Source: an uncultured Gemmatimonadaceae bacterium
GTDB taxonomy: Bacteria > Gemmatimonadota > Gemmatimonadetes > Longimicrobiales > RSA9
Direction of reading: 5' to 3'
DNA length: 64,000 nt
Assembly: GCA_964416095.1 (NCBI GenBank)
Contig: CAYQCY010000003.1
Coordinates: 27,877-91,876, forward strand
Shown here piece after piece: positions 27,056 through 37,000 of the stretch (the stretch's first letter is position 1; each line of letters starts with the position of its first letter). The translations under genes were made by a program, and so were the position numbers. The notes below the pieces were generated by a model. It did no database searches and was not told the DNA's origin. It saw nothing but the letters and a program-made list of their open reading frames with translations.

Positions 27056-27634
27056 ATGAGAATGCGCGTTCTCGCACTGCTCGTCACCGGCCTGCTTCCC
27101 CTCGCGGCGTGTGATACCGACGGCGCGGAGGAGATGGAGGAGCTGGAGCCGGCGACCACGATGGAGCCCCCCGCGTTCGAGACCCTCGACCTCGACGGCG
27201 ACTCCTACCTGGACGCCGACGAGCTGGCGGCGTGGGTCGACGACGAGGGCGTCTTCACCCGCTGGGACATCGACGCGGATTCGGAGCTCGACGCCGATGA
27301 GATCAACGAAAGCGTCTACATGATCTGGGACGCGGATGAAGACACGGTCATCGTGGAATCCGAGTGGGAGACCGGCGTGGACCACGTCTACCCGGGCGCC
27401 CTGGACCCGGGCGCGTTCCAGGACTGGGACCTGGACGGCGACTCGGAGCTCGATGCCGACGAGGTGGCCGAAGGACTCGACGCGACGAGCTGGAACGAGT
27501 ACTGGTACGAGGCCGATGCGGTGATCGGCTTCGACGAGTTCATGGACATGTACTTCGCGCTCTGGGACCGCGACGGCGACGGCCGGATCGACGCCGTGGA
27601 GTACGAGACCGGCGCGGAGTACTGGGTGTACTGA
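27056..27634 (+). CDS. acidic EF-hand-like calcium-binding lipoprotein
   Basis: Lipobox LLPLAAC. It carries repeated DxDxDxxxDxxE loops: DLDGDSYLDADE, DIDADSELDADE, DLDGDSELDADE and DRDGDGRIDAVE. Confidence 0.8.
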   Translation: MRMRVLALLVTGLLPLAACDTDGAEEMEELEPATTMEPPAFETLDLDGDSYLDADELAAWVDDEGVFTRWDIDADSELDADEINESVYMIWDADEDTVIVESEWETGVDHVYPGALDPGAFQDWDLDGDSELDADEVAEGLDATSWNEYWYEADAVIGFDEFMDMYFALWDRDGDGRIDAVEYETGAEYWVY

Positions 27635-27699
27635 CGGAGCGGACCCGCGGGGGGACCGGCCTGCGGCCCCACGCCCGAACAAGACATGCCCATGATGAC

Positions 27700-27725
27700 G
27701 AAGGGCCCGCCGCGGCGGGCCCTTC
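27700..27725. terminator. perfect GC palindrome between the convergent EF-hand gene and pilC
   Basis: GAAGGGCCCGCC-GC-GGCGGGCCCTTC, a 12-bp stem. Confidence 0.55.
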
Positions 27726-27753
27726 CCTGTCGCGTGGCGTGGAACGGCTCCCC

Positions 27754-28968
27754 CTACCCTTCCACGGCGTTCATCATGTCGAAGATGGGCAGGTACATGG
27801 CCACGATCATGCCGCCGACGATGGTGCCCAGGAAGACGATCATGATGGGCTCCATGGCGGCCAGCAGCGCTTCGACGGCGGCGTCGACCTCCTCGTCGTA
27901 AAAGTCGGCGATCTTGGAGAGCATCTCGTCGAGCCCGCCGGTCTGCTCGCCCACGTGGATCATCTGGACGACCATGGGCGGGAAGACGCCGCTCCGCTTC
28001 AGCGGCTCGGAGATGGTCTCGCCACCGGCGATGGAGGAGCGGGATTCCATGACGGCGTCGTGGATGACACGGTTGCCCGCCGTCTTGGCGGTGATCTCGA
28101 GGCCCTCCAGGATGGACACGCCGGACGCGACCAGCGTGCCCAGCGTCCGGGTGAACCGGGCTACGGCCGTCTTCCGGAGCAGGTTGCCGAAGACGGGGGA
28201 CCGGAGGAAGAGCCGGTCCATGACCAGCTGGCCCTGGTCCGTCTTGTAGTACTGTCGCATCGCGAAGACGAGGCCGGCGATGACCGCCAGGATGAGCCAC
28301 CACTTGGCCTGGAGCGTCTCGGACATCCAGATGACGAAGAGGGTCGGCCCGGGCAGCGGCACGCCGGCGCCCTCGAACATGCTCTGGAAGGTCGGGATCA
28401 CGACGATGAGCAGGATCGCGACGGCGGCCACGGCGACGCCCATGATCACGCCGGGATAGACCATGGCGCCTTTGATCTTGCGCGCCAGGGCGTCGTTCTT
28501 CTCCATGAACGCCGCCAGGCGGAGCAGGATCACGTCCAGGATGCCGCCGACCTCGCCGGCGGCGACCATGTTCACGTAGAGGTCGGTGAAGACCTTGGGG
28601 TGCTTGCGCAGCGAGTCGGCCAGCGTGTTCCCCGACTCCACGTCCTGGAGCACCTCGTTGATGGTCTCCCGCAGCTTCTTGTTCTCCGACTGCTTCGCCA
28701 GGATGTCCAGGGACTGCACCAGTGGCAGCCCCGAGTTGATCATGGTGGCGAACTGCCGGGTGAAGATGACGATGTCGCGGGTCTTGACGCCGCCAGCGAG
28801 GCCCGGGATCTCGATCGCGGCGAGGCCGGCCTTCTTCGGCTCGATCTTGAGCGGGACCAGCCGCTGCTTGCGCAGGTGGCCGACGACCTCGTCGCGACTC
28901 GGGAGATCGATCTCCCCCTGCTGGAGGGTGCCGGTGGCGGTCCGTGCGGAGTACGTGAACGTCGGCAT
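27754..28968 (-). CDS. pilC: type IV pilus assembly platform protein PilC (T2SS F family)
   Basis: 404 aa with two GspF-type repeats and 3 TM segments. Confidence 0.9.
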   Translation of the reverse strand: MPTFTYSARTATGTLQQGEIDLPSRDEVVGHLRKQRLVPLKIEPKKAGLAAIEIPGLAGGVKTRDIVIFTRQFATMINSGLPLVQSLDILAKQSENKKLRETINEVLQDVESGNTLADSLRKHPKVFTDLYVNMVAAGEVGGILDVILLRLAAFMEKNDALARKIKGAMVYPGVIMGVAVAAVAILLIVVIPTFQSMFEGAGVPLPGPTLFVIWMSETLQAKWWLILAVIAGLVFAMRQYYKTDQGQLVMDRLFLRSPVFGNLLRKTAVARFTRTLGTLVASGVSILEGLEITAKTAGNRVIHDAVMESRSSIAGGETISEPLKRSGVFPPMVVQMIHVGEQTGGLDEMLSKIADFYDEEVDAAVEALLAAMEPIMIVFLGTIVGGMIVAMYLPIFDMMNAVEG

Positions 28969-29001
28969 GACGATTCAGCCTGCTTCAGCGAGTGCGTGCC
29001 G

Positions 29002-30120
29002 TCAACTCTCGGATTCGCCCAGCATGCGCATGAGCTCGGTCGGGTCGGAGGACGCGCGCGCGGCCTCCTCCATCTTGACATCGCCACCGATCACGAGCTG
29101 GTAGAGCGCATCGTTCATGGTCTGCATGCCGTGCTTCTTGCCGGCCTGCATGATGGAGTAGATCTGGTGGATCTTGTCGTCCCGGATCGTGGCCCGGATG
29201 GCCGGCGTCGCCACCATGATCTCCAGCGCCGCGATGCGGCCCTTGCCCGAGGCCCGGGGCAGCAGCGTCTGGGTGATGACGCCTTCCAACGAGAAGGAGA
29301 GCTGGGCCCGGACCTGGGACTGCTGGTTCGACGGGAAGACATCGATGATCCGATTGATGGTTTCGGCCGCCGAGTTGGTGTGGAGCGTGCCGAAGGCGAG
29401 GTGCCCCGTCTCGGCGATGGTCAGCGCCGAGGCGATGGTCTCCAGGTCCCGCATCTCCCCGATGAGCACGACGTCGGGGTCCTGCCGCAAGGCGTACTTC
29501 AGCGCCGAAGCGAACGTCTTGGTGTCCGCCCCCACCTCCCGCTGGTTGACGATCGACTTCTTGTGCTTGTGCACGAACTCGATCGGGTCCTCCACCGTGA
29601 GGATGTGGCCGGCCTCCTCCTCGTTGATCTTGTCCACCATGGCGGCAAGCGTCGTGCTCTTGCCCGAGCCGGTGGGGCCCGTGACCAGGACGAGGCCCCG
29701 GGGCCGCTCCGCGAGCTGCTCCACGACCGGTGGCAGCCCCAGCTTCTTGAAGCTCAGGATCTCGTACGGGATGACCCGCACGACGACGGCCACGCAGCCG
29801 CGCTGCTTGAAGACGTTACCCCGGAAACGGGAGAGATTCTGGATCCCGAAGGAGAAATCGAGCTCGTCCTCGGTCTCGAAGCGCTTCTTCTGGTTCTCGG
29901 TGAGGATGGAGTAGGCCAGGGCCAGCGTGTCCTTCGGCTCGAGGGTGTAGTCCACGCTGGCGTTCGTGATTTCGCCGTCGATGCGGATCTTGGGCCGGTC
30001 GCCGGCCGTGAGGTGCAGGTCGCTGCCCCCGCGCTGGACGAGCTCTTCCAGGAGCGCGCGCAGATTGAGCTGCTTGTCCTTCGTCGTCTGAGCCGGCGTG
30101 GCGGCTTCCGTCGTGCTCAT
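29002..30120 (-). CDS. pilT: twitching-motility retraction ATPase PilT
   Basis: Start MSTTEAAT (ATG 30120). Walker A GPTGSGKST, Asp box, IGEMRD, and the His box with the AHLxFGTLHTN-like motif GHLAFGTLHTNSA. Confidence 0.92.
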   Translation of the reverse strand: MSTTEAATPAQTTKDKQLNLRALLEELVQRGGSDLHLTAGDRPKIRIDGEITNASVDYTLEPKDTLALAYSILTENQKKRFETEDELDFSFGIQNLSRFRGNVFKQRGCVAVVVRVIPYEILSFKKLGLPPVVEQLAERPRGLVLVTGPTGSGKSTTLAAMVDKINEEEAGHILTVEDPIEFVHKHKKSIVNQREVGADTKTFASALKYALRQDPDVVLIGEMRDLETIASALTIAETGHLAFGTLHTNSAAETINRIIDVFPSNQQSQVRAQLSFSLEGVITQTLLPRASGKGRIAALEIMVATPAIRATIRDDKIHQIYSIMQAGKKHGMQTMNDALYQLVIGGDVKMEEAARASSDPTELMRMLGESES

Positions 30121-31829
30121 TTCGCGGTCGTCTCCTTGATGACCTCTTCCAGGGTGGTGATACCCTTCTCGACCTTCTTCATCCCGTCCATGCGCAACGT
30201 CAGCATGCCGTCCGCAAGGGCCTGGTCCCCGATCTCCTCCGCTCCGGCGCCCTGCATGATGAGCTTTCGCAGCGCCGGCGTGTTCGCCATGACCTCGTAG
30301 AGTCCCTGCCGGCCCTTGTACCCGCTGCCGCCGCAGACGTCGCAACCGGCGCCGCGGTAGAACGTGATGTTCCGCTGCTTATCGGTCAGGTTCGCGCTCT
30401 CCAGCGTCTCCTCGTCGTAGGTGACCTCTTCCTTGCACTCGTTGCAGATGCGCCGGACCAAACGCTGCGCCGTGATGACGTTGAGCGCGGCCGCCACGTT
30501 GAACGGCTCCAGCCCCATGTCGATCATACGCGTGATGGTCGATGGAGCGTCGTTCGTGTGGAGCGTGGACAGAACCAGGTGCCCCGTGAGCGCCGCCTTG
30601 ATGGCGATACCGCCCGTCTCGATGTCCCGGATCTCACCCACCATGATGATGTTGGGGTCCTGCCGCAGGAACGCCTTGAGCGCCGCCGCGAAGGTCATCC
30701 CCACCTCGTTGCGGACCAGGACCTGGTTGATGCCGTGGAGGTTGTACTCCACCGGGTCCTCGGCCGTCATGATGTTGACGTCCTCGGTGTTGATCTTCGA
30801 GAGCGCCGAGTAGAGCGTCGTCGTCTTACCGGAGCCGGTGGGCCCCGTCACCAGCACCATCCCGTACGGGTTCAGGATGGCGCGCATGAAGTCCTTCTCG
30901 GCCTTGGGCTCGAAGCCGAACTTCTCCAGGTCCAGCGTCAGGTTGCTCTTGTCCAGGATCCGGAGCACGATCTTCTCGCCGAAGATGACCGGCAGCGTGC
31001 TGACCCGGAAATCGACGATCTTGTGCTTGACCTTCAACTTGATGCGGCCGTCCTGCGGCACCCGGCGCTCGGCGATGTTCAGGTCCGCCAGGATCTTGAG
31101 CCGCGACGTCAGCGCCGCCTTCATCTTGATGGGCGGCTTCATGACTTCCTGGAGCGACCCGTCGATCCGGTACCGGACCCGGAGATCCTTCTCGTACGGC
31201 TCGACGTGGATGTCCGAGACGCCCTTGAGCACGGCGTCTGTCAGGATTCCGTTGATGAGCTTCACCACGGGCGCTTCGTCCACCTGCGCCTGCAGCGTCG
31301 CTACGTTGACTTCCTCTTCCTCGCTCTCGATGACCTCGATGTCATCGTCCTCGATCTCCTCGAGGAGGCCGGACAGCGCGTCATCCTCCTCGACCTCGTA
31401 GTGCTGGTCCAGGTACTTCTTCAGCGTGAACTCACCTACCACGACCGGCTCGATGTCGTGCCGGGTCACGAACTTCAGCTGGTCGAGCAGCCCCGGGTCC
31501 GCCGGGTTCGCCATGGCTACCGTCAGCGTCCGGCCCACACGACGCAGCGGCAGCACCAGGTGCTTCTGCGCCAGGTCCCCGGGCACGAGCTTCAGGATCT
31601 TCGGATCGATGTTGACCCGGTTGATGTCCACGGCCGGCACGCGATACTGCCGCGCCAGCATGCGGGTCAGGTCTTCCTCGTTCACGAAGCCGAGCTTGAT
31701 CAGCGAGTAGCCGACACGGGTGTTGTTGCTCCGCGCATCTTCCAGGGCCTGGGAAAGCTGCTGGCTGCTGATCAGCCCTTCCTTGACCAGGAGATCACCG
31801 ATTCGATCGGTCGTAGTCGTCGTCGCCAT
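30117..31829 (-). CDS. pilB: type IV pilus extension ATPase PilB (GspE family)
   Basis: Start MATTTTTDRIGDLLV. N-terminal MshEN/GSPII domain, Walker A GPTGSGKTTT, and a tetra-Cys motif (CxxC...CxxC). ATGA overlap with pilT. Confidence 0.92.
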   Translation of the reverse strand: MATTTTTDRIGDLLVKEGLISSQQLSQALEDARSNNTRVGYSLIKLGFVNEEDLTRMLARQYRVPAVDINRVNIDPKILKLVPGDLAQKHLVLPLRRVGRTLTVAMANPADPGLLDQLKFVTRHDIEPVVVGEFTLKKYLDQHYEVEEDDALSGLLEEIEDDDIEVIESEEEEVNVATLQAQVDEAPVVKLINGILTDAVLKGVSDIHVEPYEKDLRVRYRIDGSLQEVMKPPIKMKAALTSRLKILADLNIAERRVPQDGRIKLKVKHKIVDFRVSTLPVIFGEKIVLRILDKSNLTLDLEKFGFEPKAEKDFMRAILNPYGMVLVTGPTGSGKTTTLYSALSKINTEDVNIMTAEDPVEYNLHGINQVLVRNEVGMTFAAALKAFLRQDPNIIMVGEIRDIETGGIAIKAALTGHLVLSTLHTNDAPSTITRMIDMGLEPFNVAAALNVITAQRLVRRICNECKEEVTYDEETLESANLTDKQRNITFYRGAGCDVCGGSGYKGRQGLYEVMANTPALRKLIMQGAGAEEIGDQALADGMLTLRMDGMKKVEKGITTLEEVIKETTAK

Positions 31830-31970
31830 GAAACACCGATTCTGAAAAACTGGATGCGGCTGCCGGTCTCGGGGAGGCGTTGAAAGGTACCCGCGTTTCG
31901 GGTGAATGGTCAAGGCGTACGCTTGCCCGACATCCCGTGGCCGTGGTCCCCGAAACGTCTGCGACACGGC

Positions 31971-32663
31971 CTAGGGCCCACCCCGAAAGTGCCGCAACCC
32001 CGCCACCGTCGCCGGGCCGATTCCCGAGACCGCCGTCAGGTCGTCGAGCGAGCCGAAGGGGCCGGCCGAGTCCCGGTGCGCCACGATCCGGGCGGCCATG
32101 ACGGGGCCGATCCCGGGAAGCCGCTGCAACGTCACCGCGTCGGCCCGGTTCAGGTCGATGCCCCCGACCCGGACCGTCCCGGCAGGAACACGCCCGGGAA
32201 GCAGGTCCAGCCGGGACGCCGGTCGGTCCCGGGGCAGCTCCACGAACCCGGGCCGCCGCCCACGGCGTACGGCGACGCCGGTGAAATCCAGGTGCGGCGC
32301 CAACATCTCCGCCGTGCGAGGGCCGATCCCCGCAACCCGTTCCAGGTCCGACAGCGACCGGAACGAGCCGCGCTCCCGCTCCGCCACGATCCGGTCCGCC
32401 AGGGCGGGCCCGACCCGGGGCAGCCGCGCCAGCTCGGCCGCCGGCGCCGTGTTCACCGGGATGCGCTCCCCCGGCTCCAGCGGCCGGGCTCGCCGCTCGG
32501 CGTCGGCCAGCGCGACCGCGCTGGCCGCCTCCAGAGAGTCGAGGTCCAGCCCGGCCCCCACGACGACCCCCGGCCCCGTCCGGGCGAGCCGCGCGCCCGC
32601 CGACAGCGCGATGACGAGAAGCACGAAGGCAAGGGAGCGGGTTTCGGGGTTGGCCGTGTTCAT
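31971..32663 (-). CDS. comEA: ComEA-like DNA-binding protein with two tandem helix-hairpin-helix modules
   Basis: N-terminal TM. The modules are VNTAPAAELARLPRVGPALADRIV...VAGIGPRTAE and DLNRADAVTLQRLPGIGPVMAARIV...VSGIGPATVA. Confidence 0.82.
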   Translation of the reverse strand: MNTANPETRSLAFVLLVIALSAGARLARTGPGVVVGAGLDLDSLEAASAVALADAERRARPLEPGERIPVNTAPAAELARLPRVGPALADRIVAERERGSFRSLSDLERVAGIGPRTAEMLAPHLDFTGVAVRRGRRPGFVELPRDRPASRLDLLPGRVPAGTVRVGGIDLNRADAVTLQRLPGIGPVMAARIVAHRDSAGPFGSLDDLTAVSGIGPATVAGLRHFRGGP

Positions 32664-33028
32664 CGGCCTGGCCGGTTCGCGGACATCCGGACGAGCTGGC
32701 CGAGGATGGGGTCGTACGCCGCGTCCAACTCATGGGCGGTCCCGGTGTCCAGGTAGCCACAATGCCGCGCAGTCGCGATCCAGTGGCGCGTCTCTTCGGC
32801 CTCCGCTTCGCCGTCGTCGAGCTTGCGGATGAACGCCTTCGGGTAGCGCCGCTTTCGCCACCCCTCGGCGAGATTCGCGCCCACCGAACGGGAGGATCGG
32901 CGTATCTCGTCCGTCAGCGCGTAGAGCTCTTGCCGCGGGGAGGTTTCCGTGAGCTCGAAGATGCGAGCGGCGCACCGGCAGCCTGCCCGATACACCCGCA
33001 GGTCCTCCAGCCCCTCGATGCGTCCCAT
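32660..33028 (-). CDS. four-helix-bundle protein (23S rRNA IVS / Avd family)
   Basis: LTDEIRRSSRSVGANLAEGWRK...GEAEAEETRHWI matches the family signature (xQLxRAxxSIxxNIAEG...GSxxE). GGAGGG lies 6 nt before ATG 33028. The stop overlaps the comEA ATG (ATGA). Confidence 0.8.
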   Translation of the reverse strand: MGRIEGLEDLRVYRAGCRCAARIFELTETSPRQELYALTDEIRRSSRSVGANLAEGWRKRRYPKAFIRKLDDGEAEAEETRHWIATARHCGYLDTGTAHELDAAYDPILGQLVRMSANRPGR

Positions 33029-33124
33029 GCGGTACCCTCCCACTGCAAATCCCCCAGTCCCCCGGGTCGGAGCGGGGCGGCCGGGAGGAGTCCCCCCAGT
33101 CGGGGCGGGGCGGCGGGGATGGGC

Positions 33125-34063
33125 TCATCCCCCTTTCGCCAACAAGGCCGAGAGCACGTTCCCGACGACGCCCAATCCTTCGGCCGACACGTTCTCCGGC
33201 ATGTCGTCGTGGGTGTGCCAGTACGCGTTGTCCGGCCCGTAGTCGAAGTCGATGATGTCGATGGTCCGGATGCCCGCCTGGTTGAGCGGTACGTGGGCGT
33301 CGCCCACGGCGGGCCCCGACCGACGCGGGAAGTAGCTCCCGTAGCCCATCTCCTCCGCCAGCTGCCACACCCGAATCACCACTTCCGGTGCGTACTGCCG
33401 GGAGTACGACTCCGCGGGGAACTCGGGGTCCGTGTCCGCCACCATGTTCACCACGACACCGTAGAGGGCCCGGTAGCCTGGCGGCAGGTGCGTGGCGAAG
33501 TGCTTGGACCCCAGGTGCCTTTCGCCGGGCGCCCAGTCCTCCCCGTCGAAGAAGATGAGGTCCACGCCGATGGGCGGGGAATGGCGAGACAGGACATCTG
33601 CAAGACGGAGCAGGACGGCCACGCCGCTGCCACCGTCGTTGGCGCCGGGGATGGGCTGATCGACCAGCTCCGGATCGTCTTCCCGGTCGGCCGTGGGACG
33701 GGTGTCCCAGTGGGTGCCCAGGAGGACTCGTTCCCCGATGCCGGGCCGGAACTGCGCCACCACGTTCGTGAGTGCCAGGACCCGGCCGTCCCCCGTTTCG
33801 TGTCGGAACGGCTGCTGCCAGACCGTGTCCGCCCGCGCTTGGAGGTACGACGACATCCACGCCAGCTGCGCCGCGTGCCCCTCGCTTCCCGGCACCCGCG
33901 GTCCGAACTCGATTTGGCGGACCAGCAACGCGTACGCGCTGTCGGCGTCGAAGGCCGGGTACGACGGGCGCGCATCCGGGGCGTCGCAGGACCCGCAGGC
34001 GACCAGCAGGAACGCCACCAACACCTTCACGGGAGCCCGGCCGGCCGGCCCCGCGCGTCTCAT
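33125..34063 (-). CDS. M28-fold metallopeptidase, glutaminyl-cyclase-like, lipoprotein
   Basis: Start MRRAGPAG...LLVACGSC (lipobox). Motifs GTHWDTRP, GANDGGSGVAVLLRLA and LIFFDGEDW resemble animal-type glutaminyl cyclase (FFDGEE). ATGA overlap with the sprA stop. Confidence 0.7.
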   Translation of the reverse strand: MRRAGPAGRAPVKVLVAFLLVACGSCDAPDARPSYPAFDADSAYALLVRQIEFGPRVPGSEGHAAQLAWMSSYLQARADTVWQQPFRHETGDGRVLALTNVVAQFRPGIGERVLLGTHWDTRPTADREDDPELVDQPIPGANDGGSGVAVLLRLADVLSRHSPPIGVDLIFFDGEDWAPGERHLGSKHFATHLPPGYRALYGVVVNMVADTDPEFPAESYSRQYAPEVVIRVWQLAEEMGYGSYFPRRSGPAVGDAHVPLNQAGIRTIDIIDFDYGPDNAYWHTHDDMPENVSAEGLGVVGNVLSALLAKGG

Positions 34064-37000
34064 GGAATCCCCCCTCCGGTCGTTCCCGCCGCGAAGTCGA
34101 ACTGGCCGAACAGGCCGAGCTGGAACTGGCTGCTCCCCGCCCGCGTGCCCACGAAGCTCCTCCGGTCCGTGTAGCTGAGGCGGAGGCCCACGTTCAGGTC
34201 GGACAGGTCCGTGTCCAGAGTCAGGTCCAGCGTCCGGTTCAGGAAATCCACGTACGGGGTGCATTCGTCCTCACCGCGGAAGACGGCGGGCAGTCGGCAC
34301 TGCTGATCCGCCTGGTAGTCGTAGCGGACGGACACGCCGATGGGGCGCGGGAACCGGTCCTGGAGGGCGGGCGGCGCCAGGAACCGCCCACCGAAGGCCA
34401 ACGAGTGGGTGGCGGCGTCCCGCTCGCTGCCACCGGTGGGGTCCGTGCCGTCCCCGGTAGTTACGGTGGCGCCGTATGTGAAGTTCAACCCGCCGCCCAG
34501 CATCAGCCGGATCCGGATGGGGAGCGTGAGCTCCCGGGCGACCCGCTCCACCGGTGCGCCGGCCGCATCGATGAAGATGAGGCGCCGGGTCCGGGTCAGA
34601 CCGCTGGTCACCGTGGCGGACTCCAGGAACGACCACGTCTCCGGCACCGGGACGTCCTGCCAGTCCAGACGGATCTCGGGCCAGCGCCGCTCCCGCTCCG
34701 CCCGCTCGCCGGCCCGCAGGTCGTCCAGCGTAGTCCTGGTCTCGCCGTAGCCGACTTCGAGCCTGGCCTGTCCCGGCAGCCGCAGCCCGGTCCGGGCCCG
34801 GAAGCCGTCCCGCAGGATCACGGCCGCCGCCGTGTCGCCGTCGATGCGCCGGAAGGCGCCCTGCCCGCCGAGCCCGAGCTGGTAGCCGAGGTCCGGCGAG
34901 GCCAGCTCGCGCTCGAACCGCGACGAGATGCCGTCATCCCAGGTGAACTCCGCCGGCAGCAGCCGGCCGGCGGCCCCGTTGATCACCCGGACGATAGCAT
35001 CGGTCCAGCGCAGGTTCACCACCTCGTCCGGGGTGCCCAGCACGGCCCGACTGAGAGCGCCGGGCTCCAGCATGAGCCCGCGGCTGAGGCGACGCTCGCC
35101 GTGGAAGGTCCGCTGGAGCAGTGCCGTCGTGTCGGCGCCCGTCACCTGCAGCTCCACGTAGGCCGGCGTCCGACGCTGCCTGAACCGGCCCGTGTACGAC
35201 AGGCTCGGGCGGAGCCAGGACGCGATGCGAGGCCGGACGGAGAGCTCCGAAGCCAGGGTCCGGTCCCGCTCCCAGCCGAGGTCCAGGCCGGCGACACCGC
35301 CCTGCGCCCGCTCCAGCGCCGCCTGCTCCGTCGGCCGCGTCGTGGCCCGGGCCGGGTCCAGGAGGTCCCGGGCGCTGATCACGCTCAAGGCCGCCGTCAC
35401 CGACTCGAAGGGCCGCAGCGTCACGCTCGCCCGGTTCTCCAGGGCCTCCCTGGGCGATTCCCGCGCCTCGACCTCCCGGTCCCCGTCCAGCGCGAGGATC
35501 CCCGTGTAGCGGAAGGTCCGGTCCTCCTGGCGGCGGTACGCCGTGGACAGCGCCACGCGCTCCGGCGTGAGGCGCAGCGACGCGTCCGCGAGCCCCTGGA
35601 AGAACTCGCTCTCCTCCACCGCCCTGGGCACCAGCGCCCGGAGCGCGTCCGTGACGAACGACGGCACGATGTCCACCCGCACGTCCGCCGGGCGCCGGTC
35701 ATAGCTCACCGCCCCGTCCACGCCCACGGCGTCCCGCGCGCTCGCGATGCGGCTGGTCGACGCCGTGGCGTACCCGGCGCGCAGCGCCAATCCGTTGACC
35801 ACGGCGCCGACCCAGGGGTTCGAGGCCGGCGTCGTCTTGCGCAGCGCGACCCCGACCCTCCGGTGCGTCGCCCGCGTGGGCCGCAGCGACGGCAGGCGCT
35901 CCGCCACCACGTCCGTGCTCTCCAGGAAGATCGGCTCGGTGCCCGTACGCCCGTACGACACGCTCAACGGGATGGCCACGCCCCACGACTCCGGCGCAAG
36001 CCGACCCAGCCGCGCCGTCGCCGCCACGCTCACGTCGAGGGCACGCTGGTAATCCGGCGCCGCGTTGAGCTGCTGATACCTGCCGCCCTCCGCACCGAGC
36101 TCCAGGGTGGCGTCCAGCAGATCTCCCGCGTTCAGGTCCATCTCCAGCCGGCCCGCGAGCCCCGGCTCCGTCACCGCTCCGCCCAGACGGACATCGTTCA
36201 GCCACACCTCGCCGGAGCTGGGCAGCGCCCGGCCGTTGTGCACCGCGAACGAGATCTCCCGCACCGCCGCCAGGTTCGGACCCCGTGCCCGGTCCTGAAG
36301 CACGACGGCGTACGTGCTGTCCACGCTCCACACCTCCACCGGCTCCGACGACGGGCCCCGCTCCGACAGCACCCGCTCCGCCTCCGCCCGCAGCGCGTAC
36401 CACTGCTCGAAGTCGATGACCAGCTCCGGCAGCCAGTCCGCCGGCTGCACCGCGCCACCGTCCCTGCCGGCCTTCAGCCGCGTGCGGTACAGGTAGTAGT
36501 TCTCCGCATCCGTCCCGACCTTCACCAGCAGCGCCTGGCTGCCCGTGAAGCCCCAGTCGCCGCGATAGGCGAGACCGTACAGCCGGAGCTGGCCGTACTG
36601 GAGGAAGCTCCGGGGCTGCTGCGGATACCGGAAGTACACCTCCGCGCGCTCGTCCGGCTCCAGGTCCGTGTAGGTCAGCTTCAGGCCCCGCTCGTTGAAC
36701 TCCACGCCGCTGGCGCCGATGGCCTGCGTCGGGTCCGGGACCTGCTCCCGCACGCCCTCCGGCGACCGGTAGTCCGCGCCCTCCGTCAGCCGACTCACCG
36801 AACCCACCTGGAAGGCGGTCGTCGCGGAGCCCAGTCCCTCGTCGGAGCCGGTCTGCCCATCGAGCACCCCGTGCACGCTCCGCTTGGCCCAGCGTGAGCC
36901 CGTGATCCGGAGCCGCGCCAGGGCCAGCGTCGATACGCCCGGTGCGCGGCTCACGACGGTAATGCGCAGGTGCTTGACGAAGCGCCACGTCGCGGCGCTT

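Noticed and set aside
32660-33028. A diversity-generating retroelement, because the four-helix-bundle proteins belong to the Avd family.
   Set aside because: There is no reverse transcriptase gene, and I could not see a template or variable repeat pair near either 4HB gene.
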